NCBI GenBank assembly: GCA_964016885.1
Contig: OZ024743.1
Location: 125,364,001-125,428,000 of the forward strand
From: Eledone cirrhosa
Lineage: Eukaryota
Direction of reading: 5' to 3'
DNA: 64,000 nt
Shown here: in pieces, positions 26,862-39,107 of the stretch
How positions within the stretch are numbered: the first letter of the stretch is position 1
Layout: each line of letters starts with the position of its first letter
Notes under the pieces: model-generated
What the model saw: the letters and a program-made list of their open reading frames with translations, nothing else
What the model was told of the DNA's origin: nothing
The model's database searches: none
Position numbers and translations under genes: made by a program

Positions 26862-27067
26862 ACCTTTAGTGATATCCGGCCAGAATTCTCTCACTTCCTT
26901 CTGTTGAAACTGGCTGTAACTGGCCACTCATACTTATGTTAAGGAATTGTTCTCAAAATATACATCAAAATCTCATAGATTCGATATTATGTGAGATAAT
27001 TATGTAAAATAAAGCCTTGACTACAAAAATACAATAGTAAATATAGTGTAATATAAATGCGAAAGGG
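26862..27067. mobile_element. piggyBac-type MITE (diverged)
   Basis: ttaa-acctttag ... aaatgcgaaaggg-ttat. The body matches the copies at 45615 and 59291. Confidence 0.75.
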
Positions 27068-27539
27068 TTATAAAAGGTATGTTTACATATGTCAGTTTAT
27101 TTATTTACACATTTACACAGCATTAGTTTAATTTTGTTTCTAAACAGATATGTACTTATCATATATCTCAGCTACTTAGTGCACAGTTTAATATTCTTTT
27201 ATGTCTACTAAAACCAAATCAATAAACTTTGATGGCTTTCCACAAGAAAAGATTTTTTTTTTTTCAGTTAAATTAATAAAAGTTTATTTGGTCACATTTT
27301 ACTGTTAGTTTTCATTTGCTGGAGATTCTTTCCAGCTTAATCACCTACAGCATACTTTTAAAAAAAGGTAATTTTTGTCCCAGTGTTGTTGATTTACATC
27401 GTTAACAGTGGAATTTTGTACCTGATACCAGTTGGTTGGAAAATGATAGCGTCACTAGAAGTTGTCAGAGAGAGTGAGGGGGAGAAGAATTGTTGAAAGA
27501 TAATTCTATTTATTTAACTAAATAAAATTAACTACACAA

Positions 27540-27930
27540 AAACCAAATGTTTTATTTGGGGAGGGATGTGGAAGAAGGGGGCTGTATACATGACCTTTGC
27601 AAACCCTCCAAAATTGATGCAGCTAAAGTTACAAGTCAACAGCTGCGAGAAAAACATGTGCAGGGAAGGTATTCCAGAGGGCTGACATTCTTGAGAGGAA
27701 TGACTGGAAATTGTGGTTAGTGTAAGGCCTGGGTGGAGGTCACAATAGAAGTAATGAAAGGAGAAGAGAAAACTAAGTTATGAGTGCTTAAATGGAAATG
27801 GCACAAAACCAACCAGCTCTGTGGTGTAGACACCACTAAAATAGTGGTAAAAAGGGCAGGAAAAGGTAACAGCATGTCTGTGGACCAGAGGTTGGAGTGT
27901 ATTCATGTAAATCAGTGTAGCAGCAACATT
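27540..27930 (-). mobile_element. Degenerate 3' fragment of a non-RTE LINE (CR1/L2/Jockey group)
   Basis: Minus-strand peptides LQPLVHRHAVTFSCPFYHYFSG and FQSFLSRMSALWNTFPAHVF resemble LINE ORF2 C-termini (L.PL.HRR.V.SL..FY.Y and SFFPR...LWN.LP). Confidence 0.5.
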
Positions 27931-28744
27931 GCCACAATCATTATCATCAATATTTAACATATATTTTCCCATGGTAGCATAGGTTGAACAAGTCATTACA
28001 GACTAAGTCAATACTCAATCTGATCCAGTCTTTTCAAATGAGCTGGGGGCTCCATCTCACTTATACTGTCCTTACATTTTACAAAATAGTGGTGGTGGTA
28101 GTGATGATTGTGATGGTTCTATCATACTTATGTTTCAACTTATCTTTAATCATAAATATTTACAACTTGTTTACAATAACAAGGTCCTCACACATTCCAT
28201 AAATATAATCCTAATATATTTATATATATATTTATATTTTTATAAGATTTAGATACCTTCTGTACTTAATCTCATTAGTTATTAGGATTATTCATCTAGG
28301 TTCTATTCTTTATCTTAATAATCTTTAATACTTGATTTCTATATTATTCTTTTCTCTTGTTACTTTATCTCATGGTAGAGGATATATTTCTATTCAATAC
28401 AATAGTGAACTTACACTACTTGAGACAATGTCAGTTGCCTTAAAATATATTTTATAGCTGACAAATTCCGTATTAACCAGTCACATAAATTGAGCCAATG
28501 AGTGAGCCAAAGCCAATGAAAAAGCCTCGACATGGTTACTCAATTTGCAAGAAATAGCAGCCAAATCTACTTTAGATTACACTGTATAATTTTCTCTCTT
28601 GTACACTTTATCAAATTTCTCTTACTATGCTTTCAAAGCATCCACTTCCAAAGCTGTGTCACATAGTTAACAAAAGCTATAAACTACTTCTAGGAAGCCA
28701 GATAAGCATTTAAAATAATCTATTTCTCATGAAATCTTAGTGTC

Positions 28745-29430
28745 CTACTGCTATGGTGCATCTACCACATAGAAAACCTACATTCTTTGTTAGCAGCCTA
28801 TCTGTGATCCCCCGACATTTCTTATGCATCCATAATTTACACTGAGTATAGAGTATTCTTCCATACTCCTTTCCTGCATATCGAGTTTAGCCATTTTTCC
28901 TTGATGGTGTCAGGGATCTCTCTTCTTTCTTGCTAATTAGAATTTAGTCTTTGCTAATTTTTACTTGGAAGCCTTTCAATTCCAGGTTTTTCCATGTCTG
29001 GAATTTCTTTACTATAGATTCAACTATATGAACTAGTTCATCAGCATATTGGAGTTTTTATGGACAGCCAGATATAAACTCTTCTGGTATGGCATGGAGG
29101 TCTATGATAAACAGAAGGGGACTGAGAACTGAGCCCTGGTGGGTGCTTACATGCATGCTAAATTCATCAGTGTACTCATTGTTAATCCTAGCCTTGTTGA
29201 CTGCACCCCAATACATGGCTTATACAGCCCTCATAAATCATTCATCTACCCTAGTTTCCTTAATACCTACCAGATTACAGAATATGGTACCCTATCAAAG
29301 GCCTTCTCTCGGTCAACAAATCCTAAATAGAGAGGCTTACTCCTAAATGTTTCTCCTGCAGTTGTCTCAAAAGGAAGAGGATATCAGTAGTACTCCTTCC
29401 TGGCACGAAACTGAATTGCATCTTATTTAG
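28745..29430 (-). mobile_element. Degenerate RTE LINE RT fragment
   Basis: Reverse complement aligns by eye with 51820-52500 (MQFSFVPGRSTTD, VDREKAFDRVP, HQGSVLSPLLFII), with many stops and frameshifts. Confidence 0.75.
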
Positions 29431-30036
29431 GATATGTTTTATCTACAATGCATATGTCAAGTTCGATGACTGATCCCCCTTTGAGTCTACTTGGAGTTGG
29501 TCCAATTGATCAGGAATGTTCTGATTTCAAATGAAACAGTTCTAGTCTTGTAGAATAAATATGTACCTTCTCCACTAATATATTGAGTACCTTATTTAAC
29601 TGTGGTTCCCTTCCATTCCTCTTCTGAAAAGCATTCTGAATTATATATATATATATATATATCACAATCAGGTGATAAAATACTCAATATTTATAGTAAA
29701 GTTTGCTTATTTCAAATTGATGCTTAATTCCATATAGCTGAAGGCCATAAACAAATGTGGACATAAAAACAAATGTTACTGGATGCCCAGCTGATGTCAA
29801 ATACAAAGACACATTTGGAAACACACATACATACAAACAATTGCTTCAGCACAGTTTCCATCCACAAAATTTTACACACAAGGCATTGGTCAGCCTAGGC
29901 TATAGTAGAAGAAACTTGCCCATGGTTCCACACTGGGATTGAATGCAAAGCCCAAGTGGTGGCAAAGCAAACTTTGTAACCACAGTCATGTCTGCAGTTA
30001 TAATATTAAAAGAAAGAGGTGAAATATTTTACTAAC

Positions 30037-30138
30037 CTTGCCAAAATTAATTGAAAATCTTTTCTCGTCTTCTATCGCATGAGCAAAACCACCTTGAAGA
30101 CCAAAATTAACACTGAAGAATGGGAATCCTTTAGGAAT
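30037..30138 (-). CDS. CWF19L2: CWF19L2 penultimate coding exon (34 codons, phase 0/0)
   Basis: Flanked by tttatag|ATT and AAG|gttagt. Translates [34 protein letters not shown] (GGFAH.IED motif). Not in the ORF track; translated by hand. Confidence 0.93.
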
Positions 30139-30197
30139 CTATAAAGTAAAATAAAATTTTCTTAAAATACTTTAGTGATGATGATGATATATATATA

Positions 30198-31155
30198 TAC
30201 TAGACATGAAAAATGCGCAAGCTCAAAGGTGCCACAGAATGTTATAATAAACCTTCAAAAGTGTGGGACTAGAGTTGTTGCTAAAAAATATTGTAATCAT
30301 TATATATCGTACATTCTGTGGCATCCTTTATAAAAATAGCTTAAACCAACGAAGCCTTTATTTTTACGCTATTTCACTTAGTTAATTCTTAGAGTGTAAC
30401 ATATAAAAATATGATTTACAACTATAAAATAAATTAATTAATATAATAACAGAGCTGCGGAGCTGAAATTTAGGAAATAATGGAGTATCGGATCCTGAGT
30501 TGGAGCCAGTCAATTTTTGGCCGACTCCGCAGCCCTGTATAATACATTTCATATTAAAGTTATTAATAAACCTATTTTACACAGCATGCAAATTACCATA
30601 AGATATTGATATTAGATATAAGATACAGCGCAATATCTACAGCTGTAAAAGTACGAAAGTGAAGTAATAATAAGTGGCTTAAGGTAATTCCAATATGAAA
30701 GTTTGTAGTGATAAAAATTTGATAATGCAATACGATTGTTAATATTATAGTTCTATGAAAATGTAACAATAGATAACTAAATTATTTTACTATTAGTATA
30801 TTTAAGAAATTATCATTATAGATTTGATCGTTCATATAAGCATCATATTAATTTTCAACACGATTATTTTGTTACTATGAGTATATGATAATAATATTTC
30901 GTAATTATTTATAGCTGTTATTACATTAAACATAGATGTATTTATTTTTATATGTTACACTCTAAGAATTAACTAAGTGAAATAGCGTAAAAATAAAGGC
31001 TTCGTTGGTTTAAGCTATTTTTATAAAGGATGCCACAGAATGTACGATATATAATGATTACAATATTTTTTAGCAACAACTCTAGTCCCACACTTTTGAA
31101 GGTTTATTATAACATTCTGTGGCACCTTTGAGCTTGCGCATTTTTCATGTCTAGT
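30198..31155. repeat. Foldback structure with ~210-bp essentially perfect inverted repeats (30198-30411 and ~30943-31155)
   Basis: actagacatgaaaaatgcgcaagctcaaaggtgcc...agagtgtaacatataaaaata and its reverse complement flank a ~530-bp AT-rich spacer. Confidence 0.9.
30450..30537. mobile_element. 88-bp hAT-like MITE
   Basis: TIRs cagagctgcggag / ctccgcagccctg. The 8-bp flanks tataataa / tataatac match at 7 of 8 positions, consistent with a TSD. Confidence 0.65.
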
Positions 31156-32346
31156 TTAATATTTTTTTAAGGCAACGCTTGTAATAACTCTAGTTAAACA
31201 GGATATATATTAATAATAAATTATCGTTGTAATGTAATTAGATTATGTAATTGTTATTATAAATTATCTTATAAATATTAGTGTAAGATGTATAAAAATA
31301 TTTTCAGACTTTTAATATAAACAACTACAAAAAACAATCAATATTAAATCAATATATTATACATAATAGAAAACATAAAATAAACAATACAAAAACAAAA
31401 TATTTACATACAATTGCAATTATCAGTGTATATACATTTTCTTTATATTCCCTGAGCAAATTAATAAGATTTGTTTTTATTGTACATAATTTGATGACTT
31501 GTTGGAGTGTATTAAAAGATAGCAACAATTTGTGATTAAATTGTTATCTTAAGCAACTCACTTTTTAATAGTTGTTGGCTGAGCGAAATTGTAAAAGCCT
31601 ATGAGCAAATATAAAAAAAAATACACAAACAACATTTCCTTGTGTTATTACAACATTAGATAAAATAATTGAGCAATGTCGTTATATTTTGCTCTTATTG
31701 CACATTAATAGTGTTTCTATTTTTCGGCACAAATCCATTACGGCAGTCCATTACTGGTACTTTATTTTATCGAATTAGTAAGTATGAAAGTCGAAGTTAA
31801 CCTCGACAGGATTTGAACTTAGAATGCAAAGGACCATAACAATACTGCAAAGCATGGTGTCTGACGCTCTACCAATACTTGTGTTGAGCTGGTCATTAAT
31901 TTATGGTGGTCGTGCGTGGAGTAGAGCAATCGCTAGTTGAAATATTATGAACAAAACATTTTTATTTGCCGAAGAACATATTTTCAATACTGTTTGTGAA
32001 TGTGACGAAGGAAATACATTCTGATATGGAACAGTGTACAAAGTGTGTCTGTGAATAACATAATGTTACCTCATGTTGTTGTCAAGACATAATGGATTTC
32101 GTATATCCAGTTAGAAGATGAAACCTAGCCATCTCGGATTAGTTATATTTCATGCCATGTGTAAACGTGTTTGAGGATAGCAAAATATGCGTGTTTCTTG
32201 TCTGGAAACTTTCTGCTAAACTGATTGGTTTCGTTTTTGGCACTATACAATACTCATCCAACAGATAGCTGTATTGGATCCTTGATTGGTTAATATTTAG
32301 GTGAGGGTGCTTGATGCAGAGTTAGTGCAAAATGGATCAATGAGTG

Positions 32347-33000
32347 TAATAATAATAATGATAATAATAATGAAAATATTGTGTACAATGCTGAGGTGCA
32401 CTACAACTCATCAAAAGTGCATATATAATACATAGGGTAATATAAAAACGTCAGGAAAAAAGAACAGTGCATGAGTCATGATATACACATATGTGCATGT
32501 GTATGGAAGGGGGACATCAGGTGTAGTTTTGGTGTATTTCGGAATGTATGATGGTTTTAAAGGATGCAGTGTGTCATCAGCTAACAACTGATGCAGGAAG
32601 TTTGTTCCATCCTTCAGCAACTCTGAGCATGAAGAAATATTTCCTAAAGTCATGGGAGCTGTGTTGTTTTCTGACTTTGTAGGCATGTCCACGTGTTAGA
32701 CACATGGAGATCAAAAAGGTGTTCGGGGTTGTTGTTGGTCGGATGGTTAATAACTTTGTGGGTGTTTACCAAGTCCATTGCCAGAGGGAAGCAAAATATT
32801 CAGGGTATGGTAGGTGTCTGATGGAGGGTATGCGCTTGGTTGCATGTCTCTGAACAGTTTCCAGGAGATCAATGTTCTGAGCAAGATAGGGGTTCCAGAC
32901 TGATGACGCGAACTCCAAGTGTATTCGTACCATAGATGTATACAGCTTTAAATAGATGGCTGGAGAGCAGCTAATGAAGGTCTTGCTGATTGATGCCAAG
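32347..33000 (-). mobile_element. CR1-group LINE, 5'-truncated 3' end
   Basis: LYTSMVRIHLEFASSVWNPYLAQNIDLLETVQRHATKRIP is a typical CR1-type ORF2 C-terminus, and there is an (ATT)n tail. A second 3' fragment lies at 60735-60950. Confidence 0.8.
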
Positions 33001-33211
33001 TCAATCTTAATAAATTGACTGATTTATCTGTTCACTACTGCTAATCCACCGCTGTTTGTACAATTTTTTAGATAATGTCAATTTGAGCTTGAATCATTGG
33101 CGTAATGAAATTTGAAAAGATTATAAGCAAATCTTTTTTAAAATACACAGACAACATTTAACTGTATCGTTGCAACATTAGATCTAATAATGGAGCAACA
33201 TTTGTGCAGAA

Positions 33212-33676
33212 TTATTGTTTGTGCAATAAGATATTTGCAGATCTGTACTTGGTCTGCTCTTTAGCCAACTCGGTACGTTTAGAAGCTCTACGCTCGGCTT
33301 GCTTTTGAGATATAATAGCTGAATTTGCAGATCTATACTTGGCCTGCTTGTTTGCCAACTCATACCGTTTTGAACATCTATACTTGGCCTGTTTTTGTGT
33401 TAATTTAGCAAAATTCACAGCTCTATAATCGGCCTGTTTTTGTCTCAACTTCTCCCGATTCCGCATCCGGTAAGCTGCTTTCACATCCAATTTAATACGC
33501 CCATCTAGATTATTAGCACAGGAATGTGAACAAGCTTGTGGGACCGCATCATTGTAAGTATATGAACTGCTTGCAACATCAAGACCCAATTCACAAGTGC
33601 AGCGTTGCTCATTCACATCGGCAGTGGGGACACCAAAATCAGTGACAGGTCTCGATTCACTCGCGAGATACATCAC
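33212..33676 (-). other. 154-codon open frame with ~15-aa basic repeats (KQAKYR...), probably a mobile-element protein fragment
   Basis: ORF track. 45-bp degenerate repeats (gatctatacttggcctg...) at ~33235-33470. Confidence 0.45.
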
Positions 33677-33704
33677 AGCTACACTATATATTTAAACATA
33701 TATA

Positions 33705-33765
33705 CAGTGATACCTCGCTACTTGGCGGTTCAACTATCGCGGATTCACGATTTCGCGCATTTTTA
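33705..33765. mobile_element. Solo pogo/Tigger-like TIR
   Basis: TA|cagtgatacctcgctacttggcggttcaactatcgcggattcacgatttcgcgcattttt. Confidence 0.55.
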
Positions 33766-33955
33766 GAATATATATATGAACACCTAAAATTTTTCATTAA
33801 ATCCATTAAAATATTAATAATAAACACAGTTCTAATCATACGCTATATATATATATATATATAAATATAAGTAATTAATACCGTATAAATGGTACAAAGA
33901 CTGTTTATGTAAAATGTATTTCTCAACAGAGTATTGAATACTTAGGAGAAATTCA

Positions 33956-34169
33956 AAACGAAGAGTGATAAAATTTCAAGCAAAGAGTTTAATTAGGTAA
34001 TGACTTACAAATTTGTTTCAGTATATAGACAAAGCCTGAAGCGCTAATTATAATAATTAGTTAATAATATTACAAAATATATTAATATTATATTAAATAT
34101 ATACTGAAACAAATTTGTAAGTCATTACCTAATTAAACTCTTTGCTTGAAATGTTATCATTCTTCGTTT
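33956..34169. repeat. ~72-bp inverted repeat with a ~70-bp spacer
   Basis: aaacgaagagtgataaaatttcaagcaaagag...tttgtttcagtatata and its reverse complement (about 2 mismatches). Confidence 0.85.
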
Positions 34170-34171
34170 AT

Positions 34172-34222
<51 letters not shown>

Positions 34223-35654
34223 TTTATCTAGTCCTTCGCTCAAGATTAATCTATAAGTTTAGATGTCTGCCTTCGTTTAAGTAAATATTACAGTAAGATT
34301 TTTAATATAAACAACTACAAAAAACAATTAATATTAAAACGAAAAAATTATCAATGATAAAAGAAGCGGATGCAACTTTTTTTTTTATAAAGTTATATTC
34401 CTGTTTCTTTAAAGAACATTTCATTTTTGTTCTATTGTAGGCGAAATAATGCAATGGTTTAATAGGGAAGATATAACTTACCAATTATGTCTCTAACCGT
34501 GTAACGCTTTTTAAGTAGATAACTACAATTGAAAATACTAAAGAAATGGAACCAACAATTCAATTTGAAAGTCGTCTACTTATAGTGACAGTGTATTACT
34601 GGTACTTTATTTTATCGACCGTAACGATGAAATGCAAATGCTTAAAATTTAAATTGCCTTAATTCTATCGTCTGCTGTTTCATTAAAGGGAGATTCTCGT
34701 CTGTATTTAATTCTATCGTCTACTGTTCCACTAAACAGATATACCTCCACTATCGTCTCGATTTATACATTTTAACTTATAACTTATACACATTTGATTT
34801 GAAATATTTTATCTAGTCCCCCCTCTCAATATTATGATGATTTCTTTCGAATGAAACAGTTCTAGTCCTGTAGAAGCCATTTATATATATAATTGAACTG
34901 AGTTAAAAATTCACAATATTTATAATTAAATAAGCTCATATATATATGTATGTATTTATCTGTTTATTGTATTATATATAATGTGTGTATATACAGGATG
35001 TCCCCCAAAACTATATACACACTTCAACAGCATTCTAATAACTATTGCCTGTACAGGTAATCAAAGTGTCAATCGAATGTTAGTTTCGTGTTTTAACAGT
35101 ACAAATTTACAATACACACATAACACACATAAAACCAGTGTATATACATACATGAATGTGTATATACAATATATATGTATATATATATAGACACATATAT
35201 TCACGGTGCAACGGAACATTAAAATATAGATGCGGGAGGGGGGGGGTGTATATATATAGGGGCGCTGGGGATAAAGGAGTGTAAAGCGTGTGTAATTGAT
35301 ATATTGAAGGAGAGGAGCGTGCAGCGATAGAGTAACAAATATATAGAGAGGGGGAGAGATGGTATTGAAGGGGAGGAGTGCAAAGAGTAAGAGAGATATA
35401 TATAGAGACGGAACAGATAGAGAGAAACAGGCGTAAGTAACAGTGGAAGAGATATATAGAGAGGGGGAAATGTGTTATTGAAGGAGAGGAGTGTAAAGCG
35501 AAAGCGTAAGATATATATAGAGAGAGGGGGAATAGTATATATATATATATATATATATCAACACTTACTCTGATTGGTTGAAAATTAGCCAATGACATAC
35601 GATCACCACCACCACGGCTATCCCCGAAAAATTTATGAAGAAGCTACGCATATA

Positions 35655-35709
35655 TGTTAGAACACGAAAAGTGAACATTCTGTTGTTTCACACTTTTCGT
35701 GTTCTAACA
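35655..35709. repeat. Perfect 19-bp stem hairpin ending a purine-rich degenerate-repeat element (~35200-35710)
   Basis: tgttagaacacgaaaagtg-N17-cacttttcgtgttctaaca. Confidence 0.75.
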
Positions 35710-35759
35710 GATATACACACACATATATATATAAATAAATATATGTATATACATATATA

Positions 35760-36980
35760 CGAGGTGGTATCAAAATGTTTCCAGACTAGCTCAGTAGCAT
35801 GCCAACAGATGGCAGCACAGGGTTGTGTGCACAGTTATAAGTCAGTGTACCAAGTGACATCATTATGTATACATTGTGAGTTGTTAAATTGGTGTTTTTC
35901 TGATCACGTCCGTGTGCGAGTCTGTGATTACATCATGGACATCAAGTTGGAACAAAGAGCCAATGTGAGGTTTTGTGTTAAACTTGGAAAATTGGCCACA
36001 GAGACATTGAACATGCTTCAGCAAGCTTACAGCCATGAGGCAATGAGTTGTTTGTAATGATTCAAGTGGCATAGGCATTGAAAAAATTAGGCAATTTGTG
36101 CATGAGGATTGTTGGAAGACGATCAATGACTTTGCTAACATTGTTGGTGTGTCATATGAGTTAGTGCAGGTAATCCTAACGTCTGAACTGAACATGCGGC
36201 ATTTCGTTGCCAAGTTTGTCCCACGCCTGCTGACACAGGATCAGATGGAAAATCGTGTTGAAGTTTGCCAAGAACTCAAACAGAGTGCAGCGAATTAGCC
36301 ATCATTAATATCAAGGATCATCACCAGTGATGAGTCTTGGGTTTACAGTATGATCCAGAGACAAAGCAGCATTCAACGCAATAGAAGAGTTCATCATCTT
36401 CATGACTGAAGAAGGTGAAATGGAGCCACATTTCTATCAAGTGAATGCTCATCATCGTTTTCAATATCCGCAGCATTGTTCATCGAGAATTTGTCACCCA
36501 GGGCTAGATCGTCAAAAGAGAGTTTTACTGTGAAGTTCTGAGGTGTTTGAGGAACATTTGGTGAAAGCGACCGGATCTGTGGCGCATGAAAAACTGCATT
36601 CTCCAGGACAACAATGCACCCTGTCACCAAGCACTCATCATCCGTGAGTTTCTCGCTAAGCACAGCATGCCATCACTTCCGCACCCACCCTACTCACCAG
36701 ATTTAGCTCCTGTGGAATTCTTTCTTTTCCTGAAGATGAAAATCAAGCTCAAAGGTTGCCATTTTTACGCCATTGCCAAGATCCAGCACAAATTGCAGAA
36801 GGTTCTCAACAAGCTTACAAAAGATGACTTTGAGGCCATATTCCAGGAGTGGTAGAAACACAGGTATCAGTGCATTGCTGCACAAGAAGACTATTTTGAA
36901 GGCAATGGAGTTTAAACTTATGTAAATAAAGTCTGTTTTTAAATAAAGAGCTAGTCCAAAAACTTTTTGACTAACCCTCG
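35760..36980 (+). mobile_element. Mariner (DD34D-type) transposon with a pseudogenised transposase
   Basis: TA-flanked ~33-bp imperfect TIRs (cgaggtggtatcaaaatgtttccagactagctc). Peptides MDIKLEQRANVRFCVKLGK, AKFVPRLLT, LQDNNAPCH and HPPYSPDLAP are split by stops and frameshifts. Confidence 0.92.
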
Positions 36981-36998
36981 TATGTATATATCTATATA

Positions 36999-38258
36999 TA
37001 GGGTGCGAACGATATTTGTTCGCAAGATTAGTCTAGGAAAAAATAACACAGTAGTTTTATTTTTTAAGATATATTTATCGAACTTGGGTCAGTTTGCTTT
37101 CATGACTTGTTCTTTCGATCTCTCTCGATAAACCCGCCATTGGCTTTGATGACAGCCTCAATGCGGCCTTGGAACCCGCTAAAAGCCTTTGTCAGTGTCC
37201 CCCGACTTAGGCCCCTAAAGGCACTTGTGATCCTGGCCTTCAGATCGTCTTTCGTATTGCAGCTAGATCTGTTGGTGTCTTGTTCCACTGCGCCCCAGAC
37301 AAAGAAGTCGAGGGGGTTGCAGTCAGGCGAGCTGGGAGGCCAAATGTCAGGTGAAGTGTGGTCGACGAAGTTCTCTGACAGCCAGGCTTGGGTCTTTCGG
37401 CTGGTATGGCAGGGCGCTGAGTCTTGCTGCCACACGTACGGCCTACCTGCAGCTGCCTGGTCGATCCAGGACTTTACTACCTCGCTCAGAATGCGGATGT
37501 AGCCATCGGTGTTCAGCTTGAGGCCCTCAGGGAAGAAGTGAGGTGGCATCACGTCACCTTGACTGCTGACGACACCTAAGACCAATGTGGTCGCTGGAAA
37601 CTTTGTCTGCATGACTCTGGGCACGTCTTTGGATGAGACAGCGAGCCACCTGTTGTTCTGGGAGTTGATCTTCTGGTCTTGGCAGAAGTTTTTCTCGTCG
37701 GAGAAAAACCACAGCATGTCTGGCTCCAGTGGGTGTTTCAAATTGTTGATCAGCTTCTTTGCATGCTTCAGTCGCTTTTCTTGCATTGCCTTTGACAGAA
37801 ATTGTCCTTTCCTCATCTTGTATGAAATGTAATGAATGTCTTCATGTACCACCAGCCTAATGAGCTTTTCATCCATGCCTTTCTCCCTTGCAATGGCATG
37901 CATCAACTTGCTAGGCGTCCTGAAGGCATCAGATCGTCGATCATGTGTTTTCCTCTCTGATGTTGCTTCGTAGTCGAATCCTGAATCTTCCAATTCTTTT
38001 CTGACCTTTTCCACCATTCTCCTGCTGACGCTGAGAAAGTCTGAAATTTCCTTATTTGTCCTCCCGGCGCGGATTCCAAGAACTCCGTGTCTCTTCCACA
38101 AATTTGGAAGTTCAAAATTATTCATAATCAATTATTCTAAAAGTAAATAATGGAAATATAGTCACTGTTCTTATGAAGACAAGAGTGACAACGGAAGTAA
38201 AAAAAATTTGCATAAAATTACCAGTTGAAAATTGTGAACAAATATCATCCACACTCTG
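36999..38258 (-). mobile_element. Tc1/mariner DD37D (maT-family) transposon
   Basis: TA-flanked imperfect ~27-bp TIRs (cagagtgtggatgatatttgttcacaa / tagggtgcgaacgatatttgttcgcaa) enclose the transposase ORF. Confidence 0.9.
37100..38131 (-). CDS. DD37D transposase, uninterrupted 343-aa ORF
   Basis: Motifs FFSDEKNF, WQQDSAPCH and WPPSSPDCNPLDFFVWG. I count 37 residues between the 2nd and 3rd Asp. Confidence 0.88.
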   Translation of the reverse strand: MIMNNFELPNLWKRHGVLGIRAGRTNKEISDFLSVSRRMVEKVRKELEDSGFDYEATSERKTHDRRSDAFRTPSKLMHAIAREKGMDEKLIRLVVHEDIHYISYKMRKGQFLSKAMQEKRLKHAKKLINNLKHPLEPDMLWFFSDEKNFCQDQKINSQNNRWLAVSSKDVPRVMQTKFPATTLVLGVVSSQGDVMPPHFFPEGLKLNTDGYIRILSEVVKSWIDQAAAGRPYVWQQDSAPCHTSRKTQAWLSENFVDHTSPDIWPPSSPDCNPLDFFVWGAVEQDTNRSSCNTKDDLKARITSAFRGLSRGTLTKAFSGFQGRIEAVIKANGGFIERDRKNKS

Positions 38259-38276
38259 TATATATATATACACACA

Positions 38277-38351
<75 letters not shown>

Positions 38352-39026
38352 GTATATGTATCTATATACACTTCTTATATATGCCTCAGTGCTTGCTTTA
38401 TGTAAAGACATAGAAACATATTTTTATTAACAAAAGCAAAAACTTCCTAAACTTATTTCACCCATCTCTTTAGCTTCATTTCCAGTGCCAACTGGTATCA
38501 CCTAGGTAACCGAATGTGGTTCTCACCCCTATAAGTCACCTAAACAACTATAGACTTCCAATCCAATCATCTCCTGGTTTAATACAACCACCTGGCCCTT
38601 AGGTGCCTTGAACAGAGCCACTAAATTTCAAGCATTTGGACCAGATTTCCAGTTTGAGGATACCTTCCTCCTCCTTTCTCCCTCACACCCATCCCTGAGG
38701 CCTTCAAAATGACCATGAGCACCATCTTTTATTCTCTGACTAAACAGTAAAAAAAAACAACCCATTTTGTGTGCATTGCCTACATAAAAATGAGTTTCTA
38801 CATACTCCCTTACTGCATATTGTGTTATGCCATTTGTTTGTTATTGATAGACTTTTGGAGTCTCTGCGGTTAACTAGCTGTATCTTTATCTTTTAAATGT
38901 TCATCTTCAATACTTTTAAAACAAGCTCAGTCTTTCAAGATTTGAACATCTACATGGCTGCAGTCAAAAGGTTGGAACTGGCAAAAGAGCAAATATATCC
39001 TTTAAAAGTATTGTAAACAAAATTAC

Positions 39027-39107
39027 CGATCTTCGTATATCTTTCTTGCTGAGATCCACTAATTTTTTGTTCATATTCCATTCAGTTTCACACTCAAGAA
39101 TTGCTTT
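39027..39107 (-). CDS. CWF19L2: CWF19L2 internal coding exon (27 codons, phase 0/0)
   Basis: Long polypyrimidine tract, then ttgcag|AAA and TCG|gtaatt. Translates [27 protein letters not shown]. Confidence 0.93.
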
